Source: Podarcis liolepis (Eukaryota). Taken from it: a stretch of 64,000 bases of DNA. The notes beneath the pieces are model-generated. The model made no database searches and was not told the DNA's origin. It saw nothing but the letters and a program-made list of their open reading frames with translations. Where the stretch lies: the NCBI GenBank assembly GCA_965112155.1, contig OZ218098.1. The stretch is one strand, 5' to 3'. Both the position numbers and the translations under genes were made by a program. Below, in pieces: positions 27,600 to 41,822 of this stretch; the stretch's first letter is position 1; every line of letters begins with the position of its first letter.

Positions 27600-28330
27600 T
27601 CGTCGGTGGGTCGGCAGATAGCCTCTCTCAGGGGATCTGCCAGCTGCTCCACATTCCTATCCCGGGGATCCTACAAGAGATCTGCATCTCCAGATCTCTT
27701 CATGCGGCCGCTCTCCCCTGGCCGTCATCTGCCTTGCTTTTGTTTTATTGCAATGGCACCCGATGCTCCAAGAAACAAGCAGGCAGCAGGCAAAGCCAGC
27801 AAGCAATCGTACCTCAGCGCTGGAGGAGGCTCCGTGCGGACTGCACCATGCTCCGCAGCTCCGCAGCCCCGCTCGCTTGGGACGCGAGTTTTTCGCCGCT
27901 CTCGCCTCCTGCTGCGGCTGTCAAGGGAAGAGCGGAGGAGGGCCCCGGCCTGCAAGCCCCAGCTCGGCCCCGGGGACTGGCGCCGGCGCCGGCCAATGGA
28001 ACGCGCGCCTCCATTGTGACGTCGAACCCTGCACTCTGAACCGGTGAGGTAAGGCGAGGAGGCCGCGGCCAACAGCTGCTCGGGGCTCCGGTGGAATTCT
28101 CTGGAGCGCGCTTGCCACGGGCGGCGCGTGAAGCCCCCTCCCGGCCCCACGCGGATGTGCGCTACGACTCTGGTACGCCGGCGGAACCCCTTGCGCAGCC
28201 GGGGAAGCCGCCCCCCTTTTGTGCGTGGAAACATCTCGCAGCATCTCAGGCTGCAACGGGTGCAGGACGCGCTCTTACCTGGGAGTAAGGCTCGTCGAAC
28301 TCGCTGGGGCTGACTTCAGAGTAGACACGT
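27600..28330 (-). promoter_or_regulatory. DNAJB2 CpG-island promoter and non-coding exon 1
   Basis: CpG-rich, GC-rich stretch. Minus-strand donor CTGAG|gtacga at 27813/27812, CCAAT at 27993-27997, CRE-like TGACGTCG at 28017-28024. Confidence 0.75.
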
Positions 28331-28461
28331 CTAGGGTTACACTGTCAGGCAACCCTGGGTCTCAGGTTGCAGCTTTTCTCTCTGAACCTGATGCTCAGTG
28401 CTACATGGATTTCATTCCCACTAGTGTTCGGTTAATAAAATAACAATAACAACAACAACTA

Positions 28462-28462
<1 letters not shown>

Positions 28463-28520
<58 letters not shown>
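28463..28520. repeat. (ATT)n microsatellite
   Basis: Direct reading. Confidence 0.95.
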
Positions 28521-28521
<1 letters not shown>

Positions 28522-31461
28522 AACCCTTCTGTACTAGTGCCACATTACCATCCCTCTCTGCATAAAGGGTAGCAGACTTAAGTATTTAATTTTTTCTAAA
28601 CAATAAAAATACCCATGAAAAGAAAAACAGGTTTAACAGCAAAATAATATAAATGCAACACAAGGAGCTTTCAATGATCAAGTCAAAAGATTAAAAACAA
28701 ATCATGAGTAAATGAACTGGGTGCAATTGTGAAATTATAGAATTGTAAAATTATAAATGATGTACCACAAGTTACCTCACACAACAAAGGAAATGGGGGG
28801 GGGGTCTTGCCTGTTTACAGACACCTGCAAACACAAAGTTTTCCTTTTCCAAAGGAGAGGAAAGTAATACCGGTATGTTTGGCACCAGCTTGGCTGCAGG
28901 AGTTGCCAGGAAGAGGTGTACAAGACACCATCCAACAGCCTTAGGGACTCTACTCCGGATTTGTGTAAGGTTTACTCCTTAGCCTTTCCTTCTCCCAAAG
29001 ATGTCCCACAAGGCAGCCTCATAAAGACCCTAGTAGAGGTAATTTCCCTAATATAGATGTTCCATGGGGGGGGGGGGAATGATAATCTCCAGCTGTGTCT
29101 TACACTATAAATTTCTTGTTTTAGAAAGTAAGGACTTGTGTGAAATGGTGTGTGAGGGAGGTGAGGTGGGTAGTTGGCTGCAAGCTCTGTCAACATGAGC
29201 ACAACATGGAGGCAGCAGGTCAGCTGAGAAAATACCAGAACATAATTGTTGTTATAAACTGGTGGGTGGTAGCGGTAGCACAACTGAGATATGATGTAGC
29301 AATTTAGAACAGGCAGGGTGGATGGTAGAAGCCAGCTGCAGTGACTCAGCATTAGGGGAATATTGCTGCTATTATAGAAGCTTGTCAGCCAGGTCTCCAC
29401 CAGGATCCTAAGGCCTGAGACTCAAGAGGTGGGTCTTGGTGATGTCACAGGGTTACCTAGTCTTCAAAAACAACAATAAGAATCTGATAATTGGCTTGGG
29501 CCTGGGTGCATGGCCCCAGAATGAAAGGGTGGAATTTGGCAGCAAAAGAGCTAGAGATGTGACAGATCAGAAAAAGGGGGGCAAGCGAATAAGGAAACAC
29601 TTTGTTTTGCAATGGGGGATGAAAGAGAGAGAATGGAAAACCTCTTATGAATGATGAGTAAGAGACCTTTTATAGCACTATCCCTCAATTCCATATGCTT
29701 CTCAGCTAGTCCTGTGTGCTGTTTGTAACTGGTGGTGCTAGATACACAAATCACATGAGTAATAGTTACCACAGGCAGGCATTTGCCAGCTAGTTAACAC
29801 ACAAAGAAGAAACCATCCTGGCAGAAGGCCTTGATGCCAATTCCCCAGTGTGTGTTACTCACCCCTAGTGGATGGAAGCCACAGAAAGGAGTGCTTTCCT
29901 GGTGAACACCCAAAGTTATAAGGAATTACTGGATGCATGGGGAATTCCATGTTCTTACAGTAATCCAGAAAAATTGGTAAGGCTATGCATCAAATCAATA
30001 GGACAGTGTCAGGGTAGACGCTTAAATCATCCTGACCTGTGTTTTCTTTAATTGCTTATGCTTAATGCTTAGCAATGCTAAATTGGTTTATATTTTAAAA
30101 ATTAGCATACGCAAATAGGTTGTTGTCTTTTTGTGTGTGAGAGAGAATAGTGGTCAATGTAGAGAGACTGTAACAGTGTCTTTACCTGGCAAGTCTGCAT
30201 ATGTTTTTGCAAAGGGTAGAAACTTGCTTATTTTAAAAACAAATGAAATGGGGGCGGGGGAGGATGACAGGGTGTCTTACGGTGCTATGGGAGGGACCAG
30301 AGTCTGCTCTTGGTGCTATGTTCCTAACTTTGTGGTGAGATCCTAACAGTTTATATATTTATAAAAGCAGTGCCCCATCACAGGACCTATGCAGTGGGAT
30401 ATTAATCTGTGTGGGTGTCCTGCTTCTAAGAACTGCCTCCAGGTTCCTCACCCTACTAGCATACACCTTTTCCAGGTGCCATTATCTTCACTCAAGGGTA
30501 TGATGCAGAGCAGGTGTTAACCACAACTCATTCAACAGGTTGATCTTTTGCTGACATGATGCACCATCCATCTTGTATGTATCTGCTGGGACAGCCTTTC
30601 TCAGTGTCTGCAGGCAGTGATGGAAAGGTGATTGGCATCTCTACATGTGCAAAGCACCTGCCTTGCTACTGAATCTTTGTAACCTGCTCCCATGCATCTG
30701 GACTAGAGGGTGCAGCTTTCAGCTAGGCTTGAACATCTCCCTTCCTCACTAAGAACACTGAATAGTAAGTGAGCTGTAGGGTAGAAGGCTGCCCTTTCTT
30801 CAACAAGACAGGATTTGGGTCCCTTCTAGTTCTTCGTAATTTTGCAAGCCAGTAATATGGTGGCAGGGGAAGAGGACAAATCCTAGAGATGATCCATTTA
30901 TCAGGCAACCACAGCTGTTTGAAGCTCCTCCACTCTTTTCTGGTTTGACTGGTTCTCCTCACCAACACACTTTCAATTAGGCTGCTCCCAGAAAAACCAA
31001 GTTCTGACATCAGAATAATTATTTGGCACTGGTAGGATGCCTCAAAGTGGTCACTTGACATCATAATGACTGACTCAATTATTTATTGAATTTGTACCCC
31101 ACCCTTCATTCCCAAGGAGCCCAGGGCTCAAAGCTGGTCTGTGGGGGAAATAAGGATCCATTCTACCAGCTAGATCTAATTCCCCATGTCTGAATTATGC
31201 AAATGAAGTGCACGTAGTAAAATCATTAATGTTTTCATGATACACTGCTTTCGTAAGAGATTTTTTTTAAAAAAATGTGATACGTAAACGGTTTTAAATA
31301 AACTAAGTGCACACCTCTGAGCTTGGCAGTTCAGGCAGAGCCTGGGCTGGGGTACCCTGCATGCCCCCCTCTCAGGGGAATAATGCCACTGTGGAGACCA
31401 ACAGCCAGGCTGTGACCTTTATTGGACACGGGAGCGTTCTTCTCTTGCATGTCGGTGAGGC

Positions 31462-34400
31462 TCAGAGGACAGTGCACATGATGGATTCCCTCTCCCTGTG
31501 GGAAGGGATAATGTCGGGGAAGACATACCGCATGTCACTGAGGACCGAGTCATTCTCTTCAGGGGCTGCCGGCAAGGCAAGCTGCTGCCTCTCTGGCTCT
31601 TCAGTGCAGCCTCTGCCCTTTGGGCCTTCTGCTGGCTTGTCCTCCTTTGTGTTGTCTCCTGCGCCCGGGCTCCTGGCTCTAATGGGAAAGGGAGCACCCG
31701 CCACTTCCTCGCTGGGCCCTGGCGTCCTTTTGTGTGCCCGCCTCGCGCTACCTCGCCTCTTCCTGGAGCTGTCTCGGGAGGCGCCCGCCAGGTGCTGCTG
31801 CCCCACGGTCTCCATCTCAGACAGGCTGTAGGCCAGGGTGGCCCGATGCAGCTCCTTGTCTTCGTCTTCAGGGTGGGTGAAAGAGAACCCTGCGCTCTGC
31901 GGGCGTGGCGGAGTCGGGATGTCCGTAGCAGACGAGCGCAGGATCTCGTGTTGCTCCGGCTGGATGAGCTCCACCGTGGCCTTCAAGTTGTCGTTGGTGA
32001 GGTCTGGAGGAGGTGAACAAAGCAAGGGGTGGGGAAGCAGCCCCTTCAGCATCACTCTGTGGGCCCAGCACCCCTGAGGCTCAAAGGGGCTTTGCGCTCT
32101 GCCCCAGCATGCAGCAGTGTCATTTGGATAGGAATGAGAGACAATGGGAGCAGGGGCAGGGTTCTTTAGCACCTGAGATAGCAACATAGAATGGGAAGCC
32201 TTCCCAGTGCCCCTTCAACAGCCCTCCATCAAGGAGGACCCACTGCCAATGTGAAAAGAATATCCTGACCTCAATGGATTTCTCTGCTTATTTTAATGTG
32301 GGAGAAACATGGACCAGTTCAAGCCTGGACCCAAATAGTCTTAATCCTTGCACAGCCGCTAATGGGAGATGAAGTACAATGGATGCCCTTATTACTCCAG
32401 GGACTGTCCAGCCTAGAGTGAGCCATAGAGCTGCTCCTGCTCCTCCTCAACTTAGGCTCAGTGTCATCCATTGGCTCTGGCAATCATAGTAAACACCAGT
32501 CACCACTGACTGAGATGCAGGCCAAGACCCCCATCTTCCCTTCTAGATGTGTGCCCAACTCTAGTGCCCTCTGAGTTTGATTTCTTACCACGCACGTCTG
32601 CCACTTTGAGCTCCCCGTCCGCGTCAATCTCCATTCTCTCCTGCCCATTCTCAAGGATCCTGCAAAAGAGGCCTTGCCACATTGCATTGCAGCACTTGCC
32701 ACATTGCATTCTGGTCAAGCATGCGCTGTCGCCACATCCCACCCCACACCCACACTCCAACAGAGGCATTCTCGGTGACTTCTTCCCTAAATTCCCTCTT
32801 GCTAGAAGCTCAGCACAATCCAAACCTGAGCATTGCTCAGAAGCACTGTAAGACTTAGGACAAAGTTAATACAGTGGCTATTTTTATCGTCAACACTGAG
32901 AATGTTTCACTTCATTTTTTTCTGCCTTAACAGTTTTTAACTAACACAAGCACAGCATGGGGGCTAGTTATATATCTAAACAAATAAACTGATTGATTGG
33001 GAAACCACAGATAGTAAGCAGGAAACGATTGTCAAGATCTACTCCACAGGGTTAGGAGTTATTAGTTACCAGTATTATTATGCAAGAGTGAGAAGAGTCA
33101 GATGTACAGGGGATGGAGTGGACTTGCAAGGAATCCAAAGGACAAGCTACGCATTCAAAATTGTCTCAATAATAATGAGAACTGGTCAAGAGGAACAAAA
33201 TGAAATTAAGCAAGGGCAAATCTGAAATGTTACAGCAAGGATAATTCTGTATTTGCAGTACTGTGTTGAGGCTTAGACACTAAAGGTTTTTAAACCCATA
33301 CCAGTTCATAAATGAACTGTAAGAAGATAAAAGGTTAAACAATCTGAGCAAAGGATCCGCCTACAGATTAAGGAAGGACAATATACTGGTTGTTTTAAAT
33401 AGTATTTTAAAAATCTCAGACGGTGATCAGGTAGGTGGACATGGCAAAAATAATTGAAGGGAAGCAGTTTTAGGTTAAACATAAGGAAGAATTTCCCATT
33501 TGTAAGAGCATTTCATCCCACATGAAGTGCTTTTAAAGGTCTCTTCTATTGTATTATTTGCACAGCACATTAATTTGGGTTAATGGAGGACAGGTAATAA
33601 AAAAGGAACATATATTCTAAGTTCAAACAAAATGCCAAATGATGGTTTGGCAAAGTCCCGAAGTCACAAACTCCCTCTTCCCCCTTCACTCTCCATTCTC
33701 CTTTTGCACAATTTGCTTTAGTGAGTTGTTTCTGCTTTTGCAGAAAATGATAGTTTGCCATTACATCTGATTAGGGGGCAGGCTAACTCGCGTGCGCCTG
33801 GCCCCTCCTTGTCACCTCACCTCCTGGTGGTTATCCGTTTGCCATTGATGTACTTAGTAGATGTGGAGACAGAGCAGAAGCCTATTCCTAATTCAGCACC
33901 AGGCCCAAACGTAGTGAAGAAATCTAGGAGGGGAAAGTGACAACATCACTGCTGAGGGGGAGGGAGGCAGCTAGCGCAGGCCTCAATACCAGCCAAATGG
34001 CAGAGGCCTTCCCATACTGCAAATGTCAGTGGGAATGAAGGGACTGGACAAAGGAGGCACTAACACTTAACAGGAGAATTGTTCCTCAGACATTTAAAAG
34101 CAGGGGTGAATTGGGTCCTTGTGAGATGACAGAGCCAGAATGAGGTAGAGAAGCAGATATGGAAGAGGCAAAGTGTATTGGAGAAGCACAGAGGCAAGCC
34201 CTGCAATGAGCATGTGCAGCAGATTGCCCACTGAGCTGCTCAAGGCTGCAAGGTGATGCGTCCTTGCCTTACCTGTCTGGAATGGAGAGCTGTAGGAGCA
34301 ATAGGAGTAGGTGGTACAGCCTGGCAAGACCCACTGGGGTATTCCTCCTTGAAGATCTGTATATGGGGACAACTCCTCTGGAAAGGGAGGAGGAGGCTGA

Positions 34401-34779
34401 TAAGTGGAAGACTTTCCAGTTACACATTATAACCCAAATAATACAGGGACATGTTCAGTTCCATTGTTTGGTGCAATGAGCCTAAGCAGATCAGGTGATA
34501 TAATGCAATACAAATCCATGATTATACCATACCCCAAGACACAGAGAGGATGTCTTATGTGACATGCACCCCTTCAGTAAGAGCGAGGACAGAGCAGAAA
34601 GATTGCAGCCAAGCTAGACCTGGAACCTTCCCCCTGTCCTTGTCTCTGTCAAAGCACAAAGTAGAAAAGCCCTGTGGATCATGGTCATGAATATAATCCA
34701 CTGCTGTGGTGGCTGATTCATTAGGGTGCACAGAACACTGCTCTGAGCTCAGGCTCAGGCTGGGAGGACAGAGCTCAAA

Positions 34780-34842
<63 letters not shown>

Positions 34843-37800
34843 AAAAGTCCACTCCTGTTCCTCTCCAAATGGCTCCGTTTCAGCAGCCTGGTGACACAGC
34901 AATCCAACACACACTTATCTGGGCACAAGACCCTCTGAAGACAGTGCGACCGCTATCTGAGCAAACATGCACAGGGATGAACCGTTGGCGAGGGGAGGAA
35001 ACATTTTAGTTGTTTCCACTGTTGAAAAAGAATGCAAATAAGAAAAATGTGAGTGAGGCCGTTGTCTTGTAACCTTGATCCTGCAAGCTATAATAACATC
35101 TAGCTCCTTTGTCTCTGAGAAAGGTACTGCGTCTTGAGAACAGGGTGTTAGTGCCTTTATTTTTTAGCAGAAGAAGCAAGTTATAGACATTTTTAAGCAG
35201 GGTGGTGAAACTTTTGCAGCCCAAGGACCACATTCCCTCCCAGGCAGACTTCTAGCGGTGGGTGGGGCCAGGTGCAAAGTGGGCAGGGACACAAATGCGG
35301 CTCTCACCTTGGTATAGTAAGCGGCAGCCCAGCCATGCAAAACTCAGCCGCTTCTGCATCTCCTCCTTTCCACATCTCTCTGTCACGGCAAGCCAAAGCT
35401 ACTACCAAGGTTCAAAGACACTTTCCCACCAGAAGAAAGTACTTAAGGAGGGTGGTGCAAGGGAGGGTCAGTAAGGGATGCAGCCTGGGGAATTGGGGGT
35501 GTAGCACTGCTGTTTTAAAATAAATCTCTCTTGGCAGAACACATTGCGTTTAGTCTCTGGCATCTCCAGGTTAAATGAAGAGAAGTCTCAGGTGCAAAGG
35601 CTGATGAAGACCCCTCTGCCTGAGGCCTGAGCTGCTGCCCACCAGAGGAGACAGCTGTGAGCCAGAGACACCATTATAAGGCAGCTTTATGTTGCCTACC
35701 CCTTGTTCCCCTCGTGCCAGCACATACCACAGAGTTCACTGAAGGGATCTTGTCCTTCGAAAAATTCTCTGAAGACCTCATCTGCATCACGGAAGGCGAA
35801 CATGAAGTCCGGAGTCTCAGTGGCGCTTGGATAAAACCCAGCACCTTCAAGAAAACAAACCAGATATCTGTCACCATCACTTCTCAGCACACTGTGGATG
35901 TCTTTCAGGGGGTGAAAGAAGAAGGGAAAGGGGATGATATGCTGAGGACAGCTGAATCTAGGCATGATCTCTTGGCCCAAAGCAAGATGCAGAGCCAGAA
36001 AGGAAGAAACACAGAGCAGGAAGCAGCCCAAACCACAAAAGACAACAATTCAGTTCCCAGGGTTCATTATTCCCACTTGATGCAAGAGGGGTCTCCATGC
36101 ATGCACCCCTTTGCAAACAGTGGTCAAGCAAGAGGACAGCTCCCAAAATGAAAACACACAAAGATAGAGAGATAGGGGGCAGGGGTAAAGGACACAGTGA
36201 AGCAACAATGTGTTTTGAGCCACCCAGATTTTCATCGGGATTTTTTCTCCCTGTGAGATTTCTAGTAGGGAAGAAAATTTCCAAGTGCAAGCCTGGGACA
36301 GCCTGCACAGGGTAGGCTCCTGCCCTCCAGTGCTAAACAAACTCTATGCTTTCAGGGTATCAGGGAGGAGCACCAGTTGGTGAGAGCACCAGGAAGTGCT
36401 TGTGGTGAGGACTGAGCCCAGAACAGAGGTGCATATGGATAATATGTCCTGTATGTCTACACACCAACCTCCACTCACCTGTGCTTAGTCCTATCAGCCC
36501 CTCGAGTCCGTAGAGGTCATAAAGGTCCCGCTTATAACCTGCCAGAAATAAGGAATGAGAGGAGGCCAGTCCCATCTTGAAGCCCATTCAACTTTTGCTA
36601 CAATCCTGTGCATATGCTTTAGCTACAAGACTCCTGAGACAGTAGCAGAGCAAGGTGGGAGCGGTGGTGGCAAAATGCCAGGCAGCACTCATCACGGGTT
36701 CTGCAGCGTGCCCGAGCCACACGTCTCTCCCCAAATGGTCTGCCCTCCACCTCAGCTGTAGGGCAGCTGAGTGGGAGGAGGCAGGCAGACTCCTTGGAGG
36801 TCCTGCAGAGCATCTTGCCCCAGATGGCGCCACCCCTGCAAGCAGCTGGCCCCGCTCCCAGACACAGGGCAAGCACACCGCCCCAGGTGCCCGATCGGCT
36901 TGCTCCGCTGCTGCCCTGAGACACCACAACCTCTCCCTCCAACGCTAAGCACTGTGGCCCCAAACAGCAGCAAAGTAGCAGAAAATATACTTGCTAAAAG
37001 TGCCCCTCGTTCTTCCTTTTCAAGAGATGGGTGGAAGGCAGACTGGCAGTGAACCGGCAAGCCTAGCAGTGAACCAAAGGGGATGCCAGGTGCCTGGAGA
37101 AGGGGTTGTACAGGGAACTCATGTTGGGTGGACTGTGATTGGGCTGAGCTCTCACTTCTGCACACTGGAGAGCCAGTGTGGTGTAGTGGTTAAGAGCGGT
37201 AGTCTTGTAATCTGGGGAACCGGGTTCGCTTCCCCGCTCCTCCACATGCAGCTGCTGGGTGACCTTGGGCCAGTCACACTTCTTTGAAGTCTCTCAGCCC
37301 CACTCACCTCACAGAGTGTTTGTTGTGGGGGAGGAAGGGACAGGAGAATGTTAGCTGCTTTGAGACTCCTTAAAGGGAGTGAAAGGCGGGATATCAAATC
37401 CAAACTCCTCCTCTTCTTCTTCTTCTGCAGGGAGTGAGAACTGGGAGCCAGCAGCAGCTCAGGAAGAGGCATGTGTGCATTATAGGGAAGGTCTCTAAAA
37501 GACCACAACAAGGCACATAGGGCACATAGGGAACAGCTCAGAGATGGGAGACCCCTGGGATGGGGAATGGTGAGAATGGTCCAATGTCTTACTGTCTGAT
37601 AGCACTTCATATGCTTCTGCTATCTCCTTGAATTTCTTCTCCGCATATTCCTTGTTCCCTGGGTTTTTGTCTGGGTGCCATTTCAGTGCATTCTTCCTGT
37701 ACCTACAGCAGTCCAAAAGGAGAGACTGAACTGTAAGATTACCATTAAAAGAATGTCAAGAGGAGAGGTGTCATTTCTTCCCCGATACCAGCAGTACATG

Positions 37801-39208
37801 CTGTGGTGCATGCCCAAACTACATAATCTGTTGGTGTCTTCACATTAGAAGAAGCAATATTGGCTAGGGCTGCCATACATTCGGGATTTCAAAGGCGGAA
37901 TTGACATCCTGGGGGGGGGGTGTGGATTTCCAAGAAAGCTCAACAAAATTTGGGGTGTACTGGTTTTTACTTTTTAAAATATGGAAACCCTAATATTGGC
38001 AATTATGTAATTTCTGCATTCCCCAGATATTACAGATATTACAGAAAGGACCAACACGTAGCCGGCGTACAACCAATTTGGAGGAATGCCTTTGTAACCT
38101 CAAGGATAGGCTACTATGATGGACTCTGTTTGGGTTGCATTCAGTTACTATCTGGTGGGTTCAGCTAGGAGACAGTGTGGGATCCTGCTTCCATGCCGGG
38201 GTATGCCTCAAAAGATGAATGACACCTGTGATGTAGCATCTGCATTGGCTCCCTGTCCTGTTGCATTCCATGCACAATGCAAGGTGCTAAATCTGACCTC
38301 TTAAGCCCCTTTGGCCGTTATTATTACTGAGTGCCTTCTTGAATACATTGTCCATGCACCAAATTCAAATAGCAAGGGCATGTACTGTAGATAGGTGAGT
38401 TTGGTGGCTGACCTATAATTGCGGAACTCCTTTGTCCTAGAGTCCTTTGTCCAATCAAATTCTGGGCCTTTAAGCTCTCCAGAATGGTTGCAGAACTTTT
38501 TTTCTTTGGTCTGGCATTCTGTGGCCAGGGTTAATCAAGCATGGGGTGATCTTTTTTTGTTTTGCTTTCTACATGAGTACTATTTCATCTTCTTTTTGTT
38601 TGTGTATGTCATATTACTCTGTGCACTTGTAATTACATCCTTTTTATTTTTCAATAAATGATATTTTTAAAAAGCATGGGATGATTTTAATTTATTTAGC
38701 TAAGCTATTGTATGATTTCTTTGAAGTGCAATACTGTAATCTACCTGGAATCCTTGGGAAAAGGTAGGCTAGAAATTGAATGTGCCAAACAACATAAATA
38801 AAGGGCAGATTGCACAGATATTCCTAAAGGGATAGGGGTGAATCACAGTTTAGATGTGCCCAGCACAAAAGCCCCTGGACTATTTACCTGCAATTTGGCA
38901 GTTTTATCTACTCTAGAAGGGCTGCTATGTATCCACTTCTGTCAAAGGTGAAAAAAGTCATAGACATTTAAAAAAATTCCCAATAGTGAATAAGGGTGAG
39001 GAGAAGGAAGCAGGGTAAGATAGACTTTCCCAAGCTGAACTGGGCAGGCTCCAAACTGATCTGAGCCAAACTGGGCTATTTTATGAAGTGCCAAATTCAG
39101 GTCCATATAACATCTTGTGGTTGGTGCACACTGTGCTACTTACGCCTTCTTAATGTCATCTGAGGAGGCCGTTTGGGGGATGTCCAGTGTTTGGTAGTAG
39201 TCAACCAT
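31462..39208 (-). CDS. DNAJB2-like tandem paralog A, ~390 aa, C-terminal CaaX (CTVL)
   Basis: Exons 39208-39144 ([22 protein letters not shown]), 37702-37593 ([36 protein letters not shown]), 36538-36479, 35844-35728 ([20 protein letters not shown]), 34377-34273, 33923-33821 ([18 protein letters not shown]), 32659-32589 ([18 protein letters not shown]) and 32003-31462 ([20 protein letters not shown]...ESIMCTVL*). Total 1173 nt, open, same exon phases as DNAJB2. AATAAA at 31423-31418. Confidence 0.9.
34785..34842. repeat. (CT)n microsatellite
   Basis: Direct reading. Confidence 0.95.
37167..37425 (+). mobile_element. tRNA-derived squamate SINE (Squam3-like)
   Basis: A-box TGGTGTAGTGG, B-box GGTTCGCTTCC, (CTT)n tail, ~260 bp. 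Confidence 0.8.
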
Positions 39209-39500
39209 GATGCAGCTTGTTTAGCGCAGAGGCCAGCTGTAAATTAGGGGAGAACATGGTAGGACATTGATCATCCTCCAGCCAGGCTTCCACACTCACC
39301 CACTCCAGCTCTCAGAAGCACTCAAATGATGCCAGATGCAAAACATCTTCTGCTGAAAGTACCTAATACAAGATGTCTGTTCAAAACACAGTTTAGCTTT
39401 ATGTGCAGCCACCACTATCCCATCCTCTCATAAGTTGCAGGTGGCATGTGCTTCCACCTCAGGAGGACATTGCTGACCAACTCCCTTGTTTTACACTATA

Positions 39501-39837
39501 AAAGGGTAAAGGGACCCCTGACCATTAGGTCCAGTCGTGGATGACTCTGGGGTTGCGGCGCTCATCTCGCTTTATTGGCCGAGGGAGCCGGTGTACAGCT
39601 TCTGGGTCATGTGGCTAGCATGACTAAGCCGCTTCTGGCAAACCAGAGCAGCGCACGGAGACACCGTTTACCTTCCTGCCGGAGGGGTATCTATTTATCT
39701 ACTTGCACTTTAAGGTGCTTTCGAACTGCTAGGTTGGCAGGAGCAGGGACTGAGCAATGGGAGCGGGGATTCCAACCGCCAACCTTCTGATCGGCAAGTC
39801 CTAGGCTCTGTGGTATAACCCACAGCACCGCCCGCTG
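39501..39837 (-). mobile_element. Sauria SINE
   Basis: Characteristic body and (CCTTT)-like tail; 7-bp TSD CACTATA at 39494-39500 and 39838-39844. Confidence 0.85.
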
Positions 39838-40903
39838 CACTATACAGTATTATAAATGAATAAGTGGCCTTAGGTCCTGGCTAAGCATCACAAAGGCACA
39901 AATTATTCTACTTAAGTAAAATAAAAAGGTCTTTGGCCTGTGTTGATAACCAAGTTGTAAATCATTAAGTATATATACCTGCAGTAAATTGCCCTAGATC
40001 TTTACAAGTGGAAACAGTGGCAACATCTCCTTCATTTAGCGCAGACTGCAGACAATATTACAAGATTTGCACTGCAACACATATTCACTCAGCAACTTCA
40101 ATCCTATAAGAAGCTCAACAACTTTGGTTGGCCCTCACGCTTCAAATCTGGCCCTCTTTGAAAAAAGTTTGGGCACCCCTGCACTAATCCATGTTATGCA
40201 CACAAGATCACTAGGACATGAGATGTCCAAAAGGGGTCATTGTGGTATAATAGCAATAGGTTATACCACTGCAAGGCCAGGTAAAGATTATTAGGAATAT
40301 TAATACATTGATCCATATTCTGAAGGGAATTCCATTAAGTTTTCTCCCACCTACATATTTTTATGTATTTTTAAGCAATGCCAAGGACATGCTTTATGGA
40401 TATGTGGAATTGCTTTGCGGATATCTGGACGGATTACCCACAGCCACCCACCACTGAGTTGCCATCTGGACTTGTAGTTCAAGAATGCAGATATAAAAGA
40501 GCAGGAAGGCCATTGTGAGAACAGGATGCTGGACTAGGTGAGCCATTGGCCTGATCCAGCAGGCTCATCTTACATTTTTGTGCTTAAGGGTCTAACCTCC
40601 CGATTCTGATCTCTGTATTCCAGGGTCTCTCTAGACTTTACTCTTCTCCATCTGCATCCCTGGAGACAAAGACCTCATTTGGCTTCTTCCACCCTCTTGC
40701 TGTGGAGTTCTGGATTCATCTTATTGTTTCAGGAGGGAGGGAGAAGGTGCATGCTATCTGCATCATGAACTCAATACCTCTGGCTCTTCATACCTGCCCA
40801 AAGCCTCTGTTTCTGCTCTGGCTGCCTTGGACATAGGAAAGGACAGCAGGACCTCTCCATCATCCTTTTGCATCTACCCTCTCTTGATGAGCATATACTG
40901 CAA

Positions 40904-40939
40904 CCAATGACAATCTTCTGCAGATTGTGATGTCAGGGG
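40904..40939 (-). promoter_or_regulatory. Putative promoter of paralog A (CCAAT + CRE-like)
   Basis: CCAATG-N14-ATTGTGATGTCA, the same spacing as in the DNAJB2 promoter. Minus-strand donor candidates at ~40777 and ~40793. Confidence 0.55.
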
Positions 40940-41591
40940 GGTGAGGCTGCAAGCTCTTGGTCATGGCCCAGGTGTATGGTACTTGGGAGGGGTTAGTAAT
41001 TGAGGGAGGGGGACTCCAAGCCAGGGCATCACCACGTGACAACTAGAGGCTGGGATTCATCACAGACACGGAGAGGAAATGGTAAGGAATATATGGCACT
41101 GTGTGTGATCTGTTGTACAAAATGAACGTATGAAACTGTGAAATAACATCTCTGTAACACAAAGTCATGCAGCATTTCTGTGGGTCCCTGAATAACACTG
41201 TTTTGTCATTGGCTTCCCATTGTGTGTAGGGTTGGCTAGGATCCACCTGCAGCCAGACATGACAGGGCTCAGTTCTAGAACATGCAAAGGAATAATAAAG
41301 AAGAGTGTGTGTCTGAGCATGTGTCAAGTATTCTTTTGCTCACCCCTGAGGAACTACCATCAATCTCCATGTGTCTGGGATGAATGGGCATTAATGTGTC
41401 AGAACACATGGCTTCCAAGCTAGTCTGAGTTGCATCATGGGGATTTAGAAAGAAACCTCTTCTTTACACGTGGTTACCCCAGGCACTCTGGACGACTTCC
41501 AGCATATATAAAAACATGATAAAACATTAAACATTAAAAAAACTTCCCTATACAGGGCTGACTTCAGGTGTCTTCTAAGACAGTACAGCTA

Positions 41592-41822
41592 CAGTGGTAC
41601 CTTGGGTTACAAACACCTCAGGTTACAAACACTTCGGGTTACAGACTCCACTAACCCGGAAGTAGTACCTCGGGTTAAGAACTTTACCTCAGGATGAGAA
41701 CAGAAATTGCATGGCGGAGGCAGGAGGCCCCATTAGCTAAAGTGGTACCTCAGGTTAAGAACGGTTTCAGGTTAAGAACGGACCTCCAGAAAAAATTAAG
41801 TTCGTAACCAGAGGTACCACTG
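41592..41822. mobile_element. Tc1/mariner (Tigger-like) MITE
   Basis: TIRs CAGTGGTACC...GGTACCACTG, TA TSDs, internal CTCAGGTTA repeats. Confidence 0.85.

Noticed and set aside
28090-28108. Heat-shock element in the DNAJB2 promoter
   Set aside because: GGAATTCTCTGGA does not give three properly spaced nGAAn units
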